Shown in pieces: positions 8,488-18,456 of a DNA stretch of 56,546 nucleotides. The number at the start of each line of letters is the position of its first letter. The first letter of the stretch is position 1. The stretch is taken from assembly GCA_948466735.1 (NCBI GenBank), contig CAOKBR010000002.1, forward strand, positions 1 through 56,546. The letters run 5' to 3'. The DNA is from an uncultured Mycoplasmatota bacterium (lineage in GTDB: Bacteria > Bacillota_I > Bacilli_A > RF39 > UBA660). Both the position numbers and the translations under genes were made by a program. The notes beneath the pieces are model-generated. The model made no database searches, was not told the DNA's origin, and saw nothing but the letters and a program-made list of their open reading frames with translations.

Positions 8488-9471
8488 TCATTGCTCTAGT
8501 ATCTTTATATTATCTAAAAGAATTCCCGTTCCCTCAGCAACACAGGTTAATGGCGAACTAGCAATAAACACAGGAACCTTTAATTCTTCCGTTAAAAGTT
8601 GAGGAAAACCATTTACCATTGCTCCTCCACCAGTAAGAACAATTCCTTTATCCATAATATCTGCTGACAATTCTGGAGGAGTTATCTCTAATACATTTTT
8701 TACCGCCTTAATAATTACATCAACGCTTCCTTTAAGTGATTCTTCTATTTCTTTAGAATTAACTACAATCGTATTTGGTAATCCTGTGGTGATATTTCTC
8801 CCCTTTACTTCAAGACGATTTTCTTTATCCCCTTCATAAACAGAACCTATTTTAATTTTAATTTCTTCTGCGGTTCTATCTCCTATTAATAATTTATATT
8901 TTTCTTTAATAAATTTAATAATATCTTGATCAAATGTATTTCCTGCAACACGTACTGATGTACTAGTAACAATTCCGTTTAATGATAAAACAGCAATATC
9001 AGTAGTACCCCCACCAATATCAACAACCATACTAGCACTGGGTTTTGAAATATCCATCCCCGCTCCAATGGCTGCTACTTTTGGTTCTTCTTCAATATAA
9101 ACTTTTCTTGCCCCTGTTCTCTCAGTAGCTTCTTTGATTGCATTTTTTTCTACCTGCGTAATATTTGCTGGACAACAAATTAAAATTCGAGGTTTTGATA
9201 TTACTCCTTTTCCTTTAATTTTTTGGATAAAATGATTTAACATCATCTCTGTCATTTCAAAATCAGCAATCACTCCATCTTGCATTGGACGAATTGCTTT
9301 TATTTTTCCTGGCGTTCTACCAAGCATTGCACTTGCATCATGACCTACTGCTAAAACTTTTTTTGTTTCACTATCAATTGCTACTACGCTAGGTTCATTT
9401 ACAACAATTCCTTCACCTTTAACGTATACTAATACATTTGCTGTACCTAAATCGATACCTATATCTTTCAT
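8488..9471 (-). CDS. Rod-shape-determining actin homolog MreB/Mbl
   Basis: 327 aa with IGIDLGTANVLVY, VVDIGGGTTD and GIVLTGGGA. Its position next to spoIIID matches the Bacillus mbl-spoIIID arrangement. Confidence 0.95.
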   Translation of the reverse strand: MKDIGIDLGTANVLVYVKGEGIVVNEPSVVAIDSETKKVLAVGHDASAMLGRTPGKIKAIRPMQDGVIADFEMTEMMLNHFIQKIKGKGVISKPRILICCPANITQVEKNAIKEATERTGARKVYIEEEPKVAAIGAGMDISKPSASMVVDIGGGTTDIAVLSLNGIVTSTSVRVAGNTFDQDIIKFIKEKYKLLIGDRTAEEIKIKIGSVYEGDKENRLEVKGRNITTGLPNTIVVNSKEIEESLKGSVDVIIKAVKNVLEITPPELSADIMDKGIVLTGGGAMVNGFPQLLTEELKVPVFIASSPLTCVAEGTGILLDNIKILEQ

Positions 9472-9515
9472 AAATAACCTCCGTATATCTATATTATTTA
9501 CAAAAGATAATTACT

Positions 9516-9767
9516 TTATACCATTTTTGCATATTTTTGCTTAGTTGATTCGCCGCCTCTTATATGACGAATTTCTAAGTGTTTTTTTAAGACTTTTTGT
9601 ACCTTTTCATATAAATCAAAGTCAATTTCCTCTAACCTTACTTGTAAATCTTTATGAATACTACTCTTACTTCGATTACTATTTTTAGCAATTTCTCTTA
9701 TTGTTGCATCATTTTCCAACATATACTTTGCTTCTTTAAGCACTGTCTTTTCTAAATCAATATTCAT
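9516..9767 (-). CDS. spoIIID: Stage III sporulation transcriptional regulator SpoIIID
   Basis: ATIREIAKNSNRSKSSIHKDLQVRL...HLEIRHIRGGESTKQKY matches the SpoIIID HTH and basic C-terminal motif. Start set at the ATG at 9767 (GGGAGG 5 nt upstream). Confidence 0.9.
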   Translation of the reverse strand: MNIDLEKTVLKEAKYMLENDATIREIAKNSNRSKSSIHKDLQVRLEEIDFDLYEKVQKVLKKHLEIRHIRGGESTKQKYAKMV

Positions 9768-9826
9768 ATATCCTCCCACTAATATATATGAAATTCAATT
9801 TTTTTCTAGAAGAAAAAAAGACTAAT

Positions 9827-10465
9827 TTAGTCTTGATTGGTAATGGATTTGTCAAAATAATTTTCAGGATTTACAATAACACCTTTAGAAAATAATTCAA
9901 AATGAAGTTGATTCTCGTGATTACTTAATTCACTTTTTCCAGATGTTCCAATAACTTGTCCTTGTTTTATGGTATCATTTTTAGCAACTTTTACTTCACC
10001 TAAACTTTGATAAATACTAATTAAATTGTTTCCATGACGTACTTCAACAATTTTTCCTAGAATTTCATCTTCTTTAACATCAATTACAGTTCCATCTAAA
10101 ACAGCAATAACATCAAATGCCTCATCACAAACAAAATCAATTCCTGAATTTTGCATATAAGTATTTTCATGTTCAATTAAGGATTGTTGCTGTTTTGTCG
10201 CATCCCCTTGATAATCATAAAAATATTTATCAATTTTTACATTTTCTTTTTGATAGGGACGAATTACTTTTACTGTAGGATCATCTTCTACGTTCATTAC
10301 TGGAATAGTTGTTCCAAAAATAGCGTTAGATACATAGGTAATTTCTTCCTTTTCTGGTTCCTTTAAGCTTTTTGATGTTGCAAAAATACTAATGACTAAG
10401 GCAAAAACTGCTAATAGATAAATACTTGGTAAAACAAAGGGTTTTAATTTTAGTTTCTTTTTCAT
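9827..10465 (-). CDS. Membrane-anchored degenerate LytM/M23 protein, SpoIIQ-like
   Basis: N-terminal TM segment plus an M23 fold in which the metal ligands are replaced: QNSGIDF instead of HxGxD, YQSL instead of Y.HL, and QLHFE instead of HLHFE. It lies next to spoIIID as spoIIQ does in many spore formers. Confidence 0.6.
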   Translation of the reverse strand: MKKKLKLKPFVLPSIYLLAVFALVISIFATSKSLKEPEKEEITYVSNAIFGTTIPVMNVEDDPTVKVIRPYQKENVKIDKYFYDYQGDATKQQQSLIEHENTYMQNSGIDFVCDEAFDVIAVLDGTVIDVKEDEILGKIVEVRHGNNLISIYQSLGEVKVAKNDTIKQGQVIGTSGKSELSNHENQLHFELFSKGVIVNPENYFDKSITNQD

Positions 10466-10512
10466 TTTTCCACCTCAATAAAAGTGTTTCCTAAAATGAA
10501 AAAAAATATACA

Positions 10513-10713
10513 TTAATAATATATTTTTGTTGCTTCAAATATATCGTATAAAAAATTAGTTACTAAGTATGATATAGATAGACAAAGAAAAAAATAGACT
10601 AATCGTGCTTTAAAAACTTGATTTTTTTTAAAAATAGCGTTGATATTTACTCCATCCATAGCAAAAATGACTAAGATGGTAACTAAGGCATATAAATACG
10701 CTTTGACACTCAT
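10513..10713 (-). CDS. Small two-TM membrane protein (possibly DUF1146/YwzB-like)
   Basis: 66 aa with two hydrophobic helices. It overlaps the rpiB stop by 4 nt (translational coupling). Family assignment rests on position and size only. Confidence 0.45.
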   Translation of the reverse strand: MSVKAYLYALVTILVIFAMDGVNINAIFKKNQVFKARLVYFFLCLSISYLVTNFLYDIFEATKIYY

Positions 10714-11156
10714 AAGTTGTCACCGTTTTCATAAGAAGTTATCATTTTTATTCGACAAATATGACGTTCTTCGTTAGAAAATGTAGTAGTAAGAAAGGTT
10801 TCTACAGATTGGATTGCTTCTTTTAATGGCATTTTGGCAGATAACGCAATAATATTCGCATCATTATCTAATCTTGTGTACTTTGCCTCTTCCTGATTAG
10901 AAACTTTGGCACACCTTATGCCTTTTACTTTATTACAAGCAATACTAATTCCAATTCCACTACCACAAATGGCAATTCCAAAATCGAATTCACCATTAAC
11001 TACTTTTTCTCCTAATAAAAATGCGTAATTTGGATAATCTGCGGCATCTGTTGTATGTGTTCCTAAATCTATTATTTCAAAACGATTAGAAAAATTTGTT
11101 TTTAATGCCTCTTTTAACTCTAATCCACGATGGTCACTAACAATTCCTACTTTCAT
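10710..11156 (-). CDS. rpiB: Ribose-5-phosphate isomerase B (RpiB/LacAB family)
   Basis: 148 aa with MKVGIVSDHRG and GIAICGSGIGISIACNKVKGIRCA, typical of RpiB. Confidence 0.92.
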   Translation of the reverse strand: MKVGIVSDHRGLELKEALKTNFSNRFEIIDLGTHTTDAADYPNYAFLLGEKVVNGEFDFGIAICGSGIGISIACNKVKGIRCAKVSNQEEAKYTRLDNDANIIALSAKMPLKEAIQSVETFLTTTFSNEERHICRIKMITSYENGDNL

Positions 11157-11193
11157 TTTATCACCTTCTTTATTTATTATACCATAAAATATG

Positions 11194-11219
11194 AAAAAAC
11201 TTAGAATTAACTCTAAGTT
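11194..11219 (-). terminator. Terminator downstream of rpmE
   Basis: Minus strand reads AACUUAGA-guuaau-UCUAAGUU followed by UUUUUU. It starts at the rpmE stop codon. Confidence 0.55.
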
Positions 11220-11428
11220 TAAGCTTGTTCAGTGAAACCAAATTTTTTATTGAACTTATCAACGCGTCCAGCTTTAGATGCTCTACTTTGTTTTCCTGTA
11301 TAGAAAGGATGACATTTTGAACATACTTCTACATTGATTTCTGGTTTTGTTGATCTTGTCATAAATGTCTCACCACAAGAACAAACTACTTTAGTATCAC
11401 AATAATTTGGATGAATATTTGCTTTCAT
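11219..11428 (-). CDS. rpmE: 50S ribosomal protein L31 (zinc-binding type A)
   Basis: MKANIHPNY..., with CSCG...[10 protein letters not shown] cysteine pairs. Confidence 0.96.
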   Translation of the reverse strand: MKANIHPNYCDTKVVCSCGETFMTRSTKPEINVEVCSKCHPFYTGKQSRASKAGRVDKFNKKFGFTEQA

Positions 11429-11608
11429 TTTTCATCTCTCCTTCCGCCATGATTAATACTAATCATAGTAAATTCACTAGCGACAATAGTATATCAAGAA
11501 AATTAGTGTTTGGCAAGTCAATTTGGAATTTTTTAAAAATTGCTTCTTTTAACAGTTTTTTAAGAAAATTCCTATCCTTATCCAATAATTATATATGAGG
11601 TGAATCAT

Positions 11609-11967
11609 ATGAAAAGACTTAATATATTTGTGATTAAACAAGAGAATTTGGCTTTGGGAATGGTGCATCTAATTTAGATGGTGTTTCTTTTACTTTTCAC
11701 AAACAGGAAAATAGTATTATAAAAGAGGTAAATATATTAAATGATAAATTAACGGAATTTTGGTATACCAATATGATACATATAGCTAATTTAATTATGA
11801 AACATGGGGATTATAATAAATATGATATAGACACTAGGAAAAATATTTTCTTAGCAACGATGAAATTCTTAGAGAGCTTTCAAAAAAAGATTTTGAAACA
11901 TTTGAAAGCAAGAACTCTATTCACTTTTACTATTGATTTAAAATATTGCTTTCTATTTCATCAATGA
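11609..11967 (+). pseudogene. Orphan ORF apparently split by a 1-nt frameshift (hypothetical protein)
   Basis: GAGGTG RBS plus ATG at 11609 gives MKRLNIFVIKQEN...stop after 22 codons. The other frame continues without a stop (FGFGNGASNLDGVSFTFHKQENSIIKEVNILNDKLTEFWYTNMIHIANL...) into track ORF 11773..11967. One extra T in the TTT run near 11648 would fuse them into about 119 aa. I recognise no family. Confidence 0.3.
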
Positions 11968-12655
11968 TTTTATTGGCAATTAGAGAATACCCTTTAGTAT
12001 TTGGATGAATATCGATAGGATTTGGTAATACGTCATCACTATTTCTAAAATCTAGAGAAACCTTGATATAAGTTACCTTATGCTTTTTACAAATATCTTC
12101 ATATTCACTATCAACATAATCAATTACTGGGTCAAATTCTTTGATTTTAGGAAAAGGATTGTAATATCCTATGACTAAAACGTTTTTCTTATTATACTTA
12201 CGAATTTCTCCTAATAAAGTATCTACATTTTTTATCGTATTATCAATTGCTTGATAAGAAATACTATCTAAATTTTTTATATTAATTTCCCCAAAAAAAT
12301 CATTTGCACCAATAGAAATTGTAATTAAATCAGCTTCTCTTAAGAGTACTTTTAGATGCTGTTCTTTCCCATCTACAACAATTTTCTTATTATTTTGAAT
12401 ATCTTGTAACAAATCAGTACTTCTAGCACCGCTTTTTGAATACTCTTTTGTATAAAACTTTAATAAATCATTCTTTTCTAAATAATTAGCCACATAATCA
12501 CTATAACCATATCCAATAGCACCATAAGGATTTTGTCCTATTGCTAAAGAGTCCCCTAAAGCTAAATAAGTAAAAGAATGCGTCATGGTTAACCGATAAA
12601 TCAAATAAATTAAGAAAAAGACAACCAAACAAATGATAATTTTTCTATATTTCAT
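11930..12655 (-). CDS. SGNH/GDSL-family hydrolase with N-terminal membrane anchor
   Basis: YLALGDSLA (block I GDS), ISIGANDF (block III) and DIHPN (block V DxxH). Start set at the ATG at 12655 (GGAGG 5 nt upstream). Confidence 0.85.
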   Translation of the reverse strand: MKYRKIIICLVVFFLIYLIYRLTMTHSFTYLALGDSLAIGQNPYGAIGYGYSDYVANYLEKNDLLKFYTKEYSKSGARSTDLLQDIQNNKKIVVDGKEQHLKVLLREADLITISIGANDFFGEINIKNLDSISYQAIDNTIKNVDTLLGEIRKYNKKNVLVIGYYNPFPKIKEFDPVIDYVDSEYEDICKKHKVTYIKVSLDFRNSDDVLPNPIDIHPNTKGYSLIANKIIDEIESNILNQ

Positions 12656-12691
12656 AACGTCCTCCAAAGAAAAAAGAGATTATATATTATA

Positions 12692-13945
12692 CTATATTTC
12701 ACTAATCTCTATTTTAGCACCGACGTTTGTCAATTTTTCTACTATTTCCTCGTATCCTCTTAAAATATGTTCGACATTTTCTATCACTGTTGTTCCTTCT
12801 GCAATTAAAGCCGCTGCAAGTAGTGCTGCACCTGCTCGTAAATCCGTAGCTTGTACAACCATACCTTTTAATGGTGTTTTTCCCTTAATCAATGCCGCTT
12901 GACCGTTGACTATAATATTAGAACCCATTTTATTTAATTGTTCTACATGCATAAAACGATTTTCAAAAATGGTTTCTACTACTTTAGATGTTCCCTCACA
13001 CTGTGTTAATAAAGTCATAAATGGTTGCTGCAAATCTGTTGGAAAACCAGGATATACTAGTGTTTTTATATTTGTCTTTTTATAATTTTCCTGATGATTT
13101 ACAATGACATAATCTCCTCCAATTGTAACATCTACACCAATTTCCATTAATTTAGAAGTTAATGCCTCTAAGTGTTCTGGAATAATATTATCAATTTTTA
13201 AGTAATTTCCACATAAAGCACCAATAATAATATATGTGCCTGCTTCAATTCGATCTGGAATCACCTCATGAAAGCATCCATGTAATTCCTCTACCCCAGT
13301 AATTTTGATTCTAGACGTTCCAGCACCAGTAATTTTAGCTCCCATATTATTTAAAAATGTTGCAACATTCACAATTTCAGGTTCTTTAGCAGCATTATCA
13401 ATAATGGTTGTCCCTTTCGCTTTTACAGCAGCTAGCATAATATTAATCGTAGCACCAACACTAGCAATGTCTAAATAAATATTACCGCCTTTTAACTCTT
13501 CTGCTGAAACAATGTATTTATTTCCTTCTACTTCTACTTTTGCACCTAAAGCTTCAAAACCTTTTAAGTGCAAATTAATTGGCCTAGCTCCAATAGCACA
13601 ACCTCCAGGAAAATACATTTCTGCTTTCTTATATTTTCCTAATAATGCTCCTAAAAAATAATAAGATGCTCTTAATTTACTTGATTTTTCACAAGAAATT
13701 TCTTTATTTTCCATATTTTTTGCATTAATTACTATACTCTCACTGGCTCGAGCAATGTCAACTCCTAAAAAGGTAAGAATGTCACATAATGCTGATGTAT
13801 CTGTAACCTCTGGAACATTACAGATTGTCACCTCTCCTGTTGCTAATATAGCAGCAGGAATTAATGCTACAGCGCTATTTTTCGCTCCACCAATTCGTAT
13901 CGTTCCTGATAGATTTTCTCCTCCAACGATGGATAATGTTTTCAT
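12692..13945 (-). CDS. murA: UDP-N-acetylglucosamine 1-carboxyvinyltransferase MurA
   Basis: 417 aa with GGAKNSAV, the active-site loop PGGCAIGARPINLH and FPTDLQ. Confidence 0.96.
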   Translation of the reverse strand: MKTLSIVGGENLSGTIRIGGAKNSAVALIPAAILATGEVTICNVPEVTDTSALCDILTFLGVDIARASESIVINAKNMENKEISCEKSSKLRASYYFLGALLGKYKKAEMYFPGGCAIGARPINLHLKGFEALGAKVEVEGNKYIVSAEELKGGNIYLDIASVGATINIMLAAVKAKGTTIIDNAAKEPEIVNVATFLNNMGAKITGAGTSRIKITGVEELHGCFHEVIPDRIEAGTYIIIGALCGNYLKIDNIIPEHLEALTSKLMEIGVDVTIGGDYVIVNHQENYKKTNIKTLVYPGFPTDLQQPFMTLLTQCEGTSKVVETIFENRFMHVEQLNKMGSNIIVNGQAALIKGKTPLKGMVVQATDLRAGAALLAAALIAEGTTVIENVEHILRGYEEIVEKLTNVGAKIEISEI

Positions 13946-13962
13946 ATTCTACCTCCATACTA

Positions 13963-14838
13963 CTATATTTTATTATCGATATCTTCCTTGGTGCTATTCT
14001 TTTTCATAAATTCTAGTATTAAGGCCTGCACCTTTTTTATTATAGCATCTTTTCCACTACCAATTATTTTTCTTGGGTCATACACTTCTTGATTTTCATC
14101 TAGATATTTCCTAACCTCTTTAGCCCATGTAATTTGAAGTTCTGTGTTAATGTTGATTTTATTTATTCCACAGTCAATTGCTTTTTCAATTTGTTCCTTA
14201 GGTATTCCTGTACCACCATGTAATACTAAAGGTATAGGAAGTAATTCCTTAATTTTTTTCATCGTATCAAAATCTAAATTAGGTTCTTTCTGATATAAAC
14301 CATGTACACTTCCTAAGGCGGGCGCCAGCGAATCTACTTTTGTCATTTCATAAAAAGGAATAACTTCTTCTACTCTAGCATGAAAAGTATTATACTCCAT
14401 CCCATCTTCACTACCACCGAAGTGCCCTAGTTCTGCTTCTACACTTACACCACGAGTATGCGCATACTCTACGACTTCTTTTGTTATTTTTACATTTTCT
14501 AAAAAGGGATATTGTGATGCGTCAATCATTACCGAAGTAAAACCATTATCAATGGCCTTCTTGCAAGATTCCACACTAGAACCATGATCTAAATGTAAGC
14601 ATACATCTATAGAAATATTTAAATCTTTCATTAAACTAGAAACAATATGATAGACCGTTAAGTATCCACCTATATATTTGATTGCACCCTCACTAACACC
14701 TAAAATTACTGGCGTTTTTAGTCCTTCACTTGCTTCTAATATATACCGTGTCCATTCTAAATTATTAATATTAAAATGAGCAATTGCGTACCCACTTTGT
14801 TTTGCCTTTAATAACATCTCGTTGCTATTTACTAACAT
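13963..14838 (-). CDS. fba: Class II fructose-1,6-bisphosphate aldolase
   Basis: GYAIAHFNINNLEW, LHLDHG and LVLHGGTG motifs. Start set at the ATG at 14838 (MLVNSNEML...), which matches normal FbaA N-termini. Confidence 0.93.
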   Translation of the reverse strand: MLVNSNEMLLKAKQSGYAIAHFNINNLEWTRYILEASEGLKTPVILGVSEGAIKYIGGYLTVYHIVSSLMKDLNISIDVCLHLDHGSSVESCKKAIDNGFTSVMIDASQYPFLENVKITKEVVEYAHTRGVSVEAELGHFGGSEDGMEYNTFHARVEEVIPFYEMTKVDSLAPALGSVHGLYQKEPNLDFDTMKKIKELLPIPLVLHGGTGIPKEQIEKAIDCGINKININTELQITWAKEVRKYLDENQEVYDPRKIIGSGKDAIIKKVQALILEFMKKNSTKEDIDNKI

Positions 14839-14893
14839 ATTAATCACCAATTTAATGATAGACAAAAACCTATACTTTGTCAAATGAAATCCA

Positions 14894-15430
14894 TTAGAAA
14901 AATAAATAATCTAAAGCTAATAGCAATAAAATAATACTTCCAATAAAAGAGGCAACTTTGCCAAAATGATTACTAAATACTTTACCAATAGACAAACCAA
15001 AATAAGTAAATGTTGCACTAACAATAGAGAAAATGCTAGAAGATAAAAATAAATGTCTATCATAAGTACCAAAGGCTAATCCAATCGAAAAACTATCAAT
15101 ACTAACGGTAAAAGCAAAAACAATTAATGCAAATAAAGAAGTTAACGACATAATCTCCTCATCTTTTTTTAAGGAAATCAACATTTGAATAGCAATTACC
15201 AAAAAAATAAGTCCTACGAAAATTTTGGGATATAGAATAAACTGGGCTAAAAAGAAATCTCCTAAAATATAACCAAATAGTGGCATAAAAAAATGAAAAA
15301 TACCAACACATACACTTAATTGATACTGTTTTGTTCTAGTTAAAGGCATTGTTCCATAAAAAATGGCCAAAGAAAAAGCATCCATACTAAGAGCAATGCC
15401 AACTAGTAGTTTACTAAAAAAAATACTCAT
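14894..15430 (-). CDS. mntP: Manganese efflux pump MntP family
   Basis: Six-TM protein with the duplicated SMDAFS / SIDSFS motifs. Start set at the ATG at 15430 (AGGTGA upstream). Confidence 0.85.
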   Translation of the reverse strand: MSIFFSKLLVGIALSMDAFSLAIFYGTMPLTRTKQYQLSVCVGIFHFFMPLFGYILGDFFLAQFILYPKIFVGLIFLVIAIQMLISLKKDEEIMSLTSLFALIVFAFTVSIDSFSIGLAFGTYDRHLFLSSSIFSIVSATFTYFGLSIGKVFSNHFGKVASFIGSIILLLLALDYLFF

Positions 15431-15476
15431 ATGATCACCTTGATAAATCATACGAGAAAACATCTTTATTCATACA

Positions 15477-16022
15477 TTATTTTGTTATATTATCCCATAA
15501 CTTTTTAAAAAAAGAGGTATATTCTATCTTTTCACTCTTACCTTCATCAAATCCTTCTTTATCCATAAAACACAAAGGAGGAAATAATACACACCACCAA
15601 TTGTTCCCTTTTCCTTCTCCCAATGTAACTACTAATGATTCATAATATCCTTCTTGATATTGATGATTTTGATATGTTTTTTCAGGAAATAAATGATAAC
15701 CATAATCAATCGAGTAATCATCACTTTCTAAATCAAGACTAATTAAAGTTTGTTTTACCACATTATCTAATAAAGAAAGATTATTTTTTAGCAAGGTTCG
15801 TGCTTCATCAAGATTTTTAGCATTTTCTAAAATATTCACAATGGTCTCTTCTAATTGATTTTTCACCTTACCTTTTATCATTTGATCAACAGGTAAATTA
15901 CTATTTGCTATTACTCGAAAGCGAATCGATTCATTAGGAATCACTACATCAGCTTTTGAATTATCTGATAAGATTATAAATAAAGCAATTAGGGCTAAGA
16001 TTATATATCCAAATTTTTTCAT
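15477..16022 (-). CDS. spoIIR: Stage II sporulation protein R
   Basis: Signal anchor plus IRFRVIANSN ... NWWCVLFPPLCF, the hallmark SpoIIR motifs. Confidence 0.9.
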   Translation of the reverse strand: MKKFGYIILALIALFIILSDNSKADVVIPNESIRFRVIANSNLPVDQMIKGKVKNQLEETIVNILENAKNLDEARTLLKNNLSLLDNVVKQTLISLDLESDDYSIDYGYHLFPEKTYQNHQYQEGYYESLVVTLGEGKGNNWWCVLFPPLCFMDKEGFDEGKSEKIEYTSFFKKLWDNITK

Positions 16023-16065
16023 TAAAAATCACCTTCACTTAAATCATGAAAGGTGATGCTATAAG

Positions 16066-16896
16066 TTATTCATCGCTTGATAAGACAAAAATCATCCTAT
16101 CTCGACCTTGTAAATCTTGATGAGGAAATATCCTTGATTTTGGGAAATATTCCTTAATCATTGCTACTACTTTTTCTTTTTGGGTAGCACCGATTTCTAA
16201 GGCCAATAAATATTTGGAATTTAAAAACTTTGCTGCTTGTTTTAATATTTCCTGATAAAAGTAAAGTCCATCATTTTCTGAATATAAGGCTAAATGAGGT
16301 TCATATTTTAATACCTTTTCATCAACTGTTTCACCTTTAGCAATATAAGGCGGATTGGAAATAATTATATCAAAATTTCCCTTTACATTAGAAAAAAGGT
16401 CACTATATACCAAATCCACGTCAGCATTTAATATTTTAGCATTACTCCTTGCTACATCAAGAGCTTCCATACTAATATCAGTTAAAACCACTTTCGCCTT
16501 TGGTAATTCTTTTTTTAACGTAATGCCAATATTACCACTGCCTGTACAAAGGTCTAAAATTTGTAAATTTTCATCACTTTTAAAATGTTTTTTGACATAT
16601 TTTATTGTATTTTCTACTAACTCTTCTGTCTCAAAACGTGGTATTAGTACATTTTTATTGACTTGATACCAATATCCGTAAAAATTTACTTTTCCTAAAA
16701 CATATTGAATTGGCTCATTATTCGCTAAGCGAGATACCATTTGTTGATAATGTTTAACCTCTTTTTCATCCACCTCTTGATGAAGGATATCTAGTAATTC
16801 AATGGGATTTTTATTTAATAATTCACTAAGTAGAAAGTGAACCTCTTTTGTATGAAGATAACGTTTTCCATAGACAATTAAATCTTCAATACTCAT
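16066..16896 (-). CDS. prmC: Release-factor glutamine N5-methyltransferase PrmC/HemK
   Basis: ILDLCTGSGNIG SAM motif and the NPPY catalytic motif. It overlaps the prfA stop by 4 nt. Confidence 0.93.
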   Translation of the reverse strand: MSIEDLIVYGKRYLHTKEVHFLLSELLNKNPIELLDILHQEVDEKEVKHYQQMVSRLANNEPIQYVLGKVNFYGYWYQVNKNVLIPRFETEELVENTIKYVKKHFKSDENLQILDLCTGSGNIGITLKKELPKAKVVLTDISMEALDVARSNAKILNADVDLVYSDLFSNVKGNFDIIISNPPYIAKGETVDEKVLKYEPHLALYSENDGLYFYQEILKQAAKFLNSKYLLALEIGATQKEKVVAMIKEYFPKSRIFPHQDLQGRDRMIFVLSSDE

Positions 16897-17957
16897 TCTT
16901 CGATATTACCTTCTAAATGACGTTTTTGATCTTCTAGAATAAGGGCTTCAATAATTTCTCCAAGGTCTCCTTGCATAACTCTATCTAATTGTTTTGTCGT
17001 AAAGTTAATACGATGATCCGTTACCCGATTTTGGGGATAATTGTAAGTCCTAATTTTTTCGGAACGATCTCCTGTTCCAATTTTGTTTCTTCTCTCATTT
17101 CCCGCTTTTTCCTCATGTTCTCGAATCATTTCTTCATAAATTTTCGCTTTTAACATTTGAAGAGCTTTTTCTCTATTTTTAATCTGACTTCGCTCATTTT
17201 GACATGTTACCACAATTCCCGTTGGTAAATGCGTCATTCGAACAGCACTATCAGTAGTATTTACATGTTGTCCTCCAGCACCTGATGAGCGATACACATC
17301 TACTTTTATGTCTTTTTCATCAATATCGACATCAATGTTTTCTGCTTCTGGCATAACTAAAACGGTAGCCGTAGAAGTTTGAATTCGACCCTGCGACTCT
17401 GTTTCAGGTACACGTTGAACACGATGAGAACCACTTTCATATTTTAACTTACGGTAAGCATCTTTACCTTTAATCATAAACTCAATTTGACTAAATCCTC
17501 CTGCTTCCCCTTCAACCATGTTATATACTTCATAAGTATAATGTTCACTTTCGGCATAACGAATATACATTCGGTATAAATCTCCAGCAAAGATGTTTGC
17601 TTCATCTCCTCCTGCTGCGCCTCGAATTTCGACAATGACGTTCTTCCCGTCGTTGGGATCTTTAGGAATTAACAAGTATTCCAAATCTTTTTCTAATTTT
17701 TCCTTTTGTTTTTCTAATTCACCAAGCTCTTCTTTGGCCATTTCTCCTAGTTCAGGGTCTTTCACCATTTCTTTTGTATCATTAATACTACCAAGTAATT
17801 TCTTATACTTTCGATACACCATAACAACATCTTCTAAACTAGACATTTCTTTTGATATTTCCTTTGTTCGATTAATATCACTTAAGGTTTCTAGCTTTGT
17901 TAATTCTTCACTTAACTCTAAATAATGTTTTTCAGTTGCTTCTAATCTCTCAATCAC
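16893..17957 (-). CDS. prfA: Peptide chain release factor 1
   Basis: 354 aa with RSSGAGGQHVNTTDSAVR (GGQ) and a PxT-type tripeptide region (VPETESQGRIQTSTATV). Confidence 0.97.
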   Translation of the reverse strand: MIERLEATEKHYLELSEELTKLETLSDINRTKEISKEMSSLEDVVMVYRKYKKLLGSINDTKEMVKDPELGEMAKEELGELEKQKEKLEKDLEYLLIPKDPNDGKNVIVEIRGAAGGDEANIFAGDLYRMYIRYAESEHYTYEVYNMVEGEAGGFSQIEFMIKGKDAYRKLKYESGSHRVQRVPETESQGRIQTSTATVLVMPEAENIDVDIDEKDIKVDVYRSSGAGGQHVNTTDSAVRMTHLPTGIVVTCQNERSQIKNREKALQMLKAKIYEEMIREHEEKAGNERRNKIGTGDRSEKIRTYNYPQNRVTDHRINFTTKQLDRVMQGDLGEIIEALILEDQKRHLEGNIEE

Positions 17958-18004
17958 AATTATCCCTTCCTCACTTATATAAAATGCTTAAAAGAGCTAG
18001 GTAG

Positions 18005-18445
18005 TTATTGCTCTAGCTCCATTTCATCCTCATCAATTACCACTAAATCTTTTAATTCATCATCACCATCATCGTAATCATCTTCAGTCTCATCCATATC
18101 AAAATCGTTTCCTTCTTCTTGTATATCTTCATCGATTTCTTCTTTTACGTCTTCTAATTCTTCATCATCATCTTCTTCTAAAACAATAACCTTATCTGAT
18201 GCATGACGAGTACGTAAATCCCATGTTCCATCAGTCAATAAAATAAAGCGTTTATCTGTAGTTAATGATGTATAATAATCGCCAATTTTATTTTCAAATA
18301 CACTATTAGGTAATTCTAACAACGTTACAATTTCCTTAAATAGGGATGCTGTATTCATTTTTCCCTTTTCTTCTAATAATAAATTAGTGATATCTTTATA
18401 TGATAGTAGTTCTAACTCTTCTTTAGTCATATTCTTAATTTTCAT
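18005..18445 (-). CDS. rpoE: RNA polymerase delta subunit RpoE
   Basis: N-terminal HARE-HTH-like domain (SYKDITNLLLEEKGK...YTSLTTDKRF) and a long poly-acidic C-terminal tail. Confidence 0.88.
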   Translation of the reverse strand: MKIKNMTKEELELLSYKDITNLLLEEKGKMNTASLFKEIVTLLELPNSVFENKIGDYYTSLTTDKRFILLTDGTWDLRTRHASDKVIVLEEDDDEELEDVKEEIDEDIQEEGNDFDMDETEDDYDDGDDELKDLVVIDEDEMELEQ

Positions 18446-18456
18446 TGACTTACCTC

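Noticed and set aside
15431-15476. Looked for a yybP-ykoY manganese riboswitch upstream of mntP.
   Set aside because: Only 46 nt separate mntP from the spoIIR stop, which is too short for the riboswitch. No conserved four-way-junction motifs were seen.
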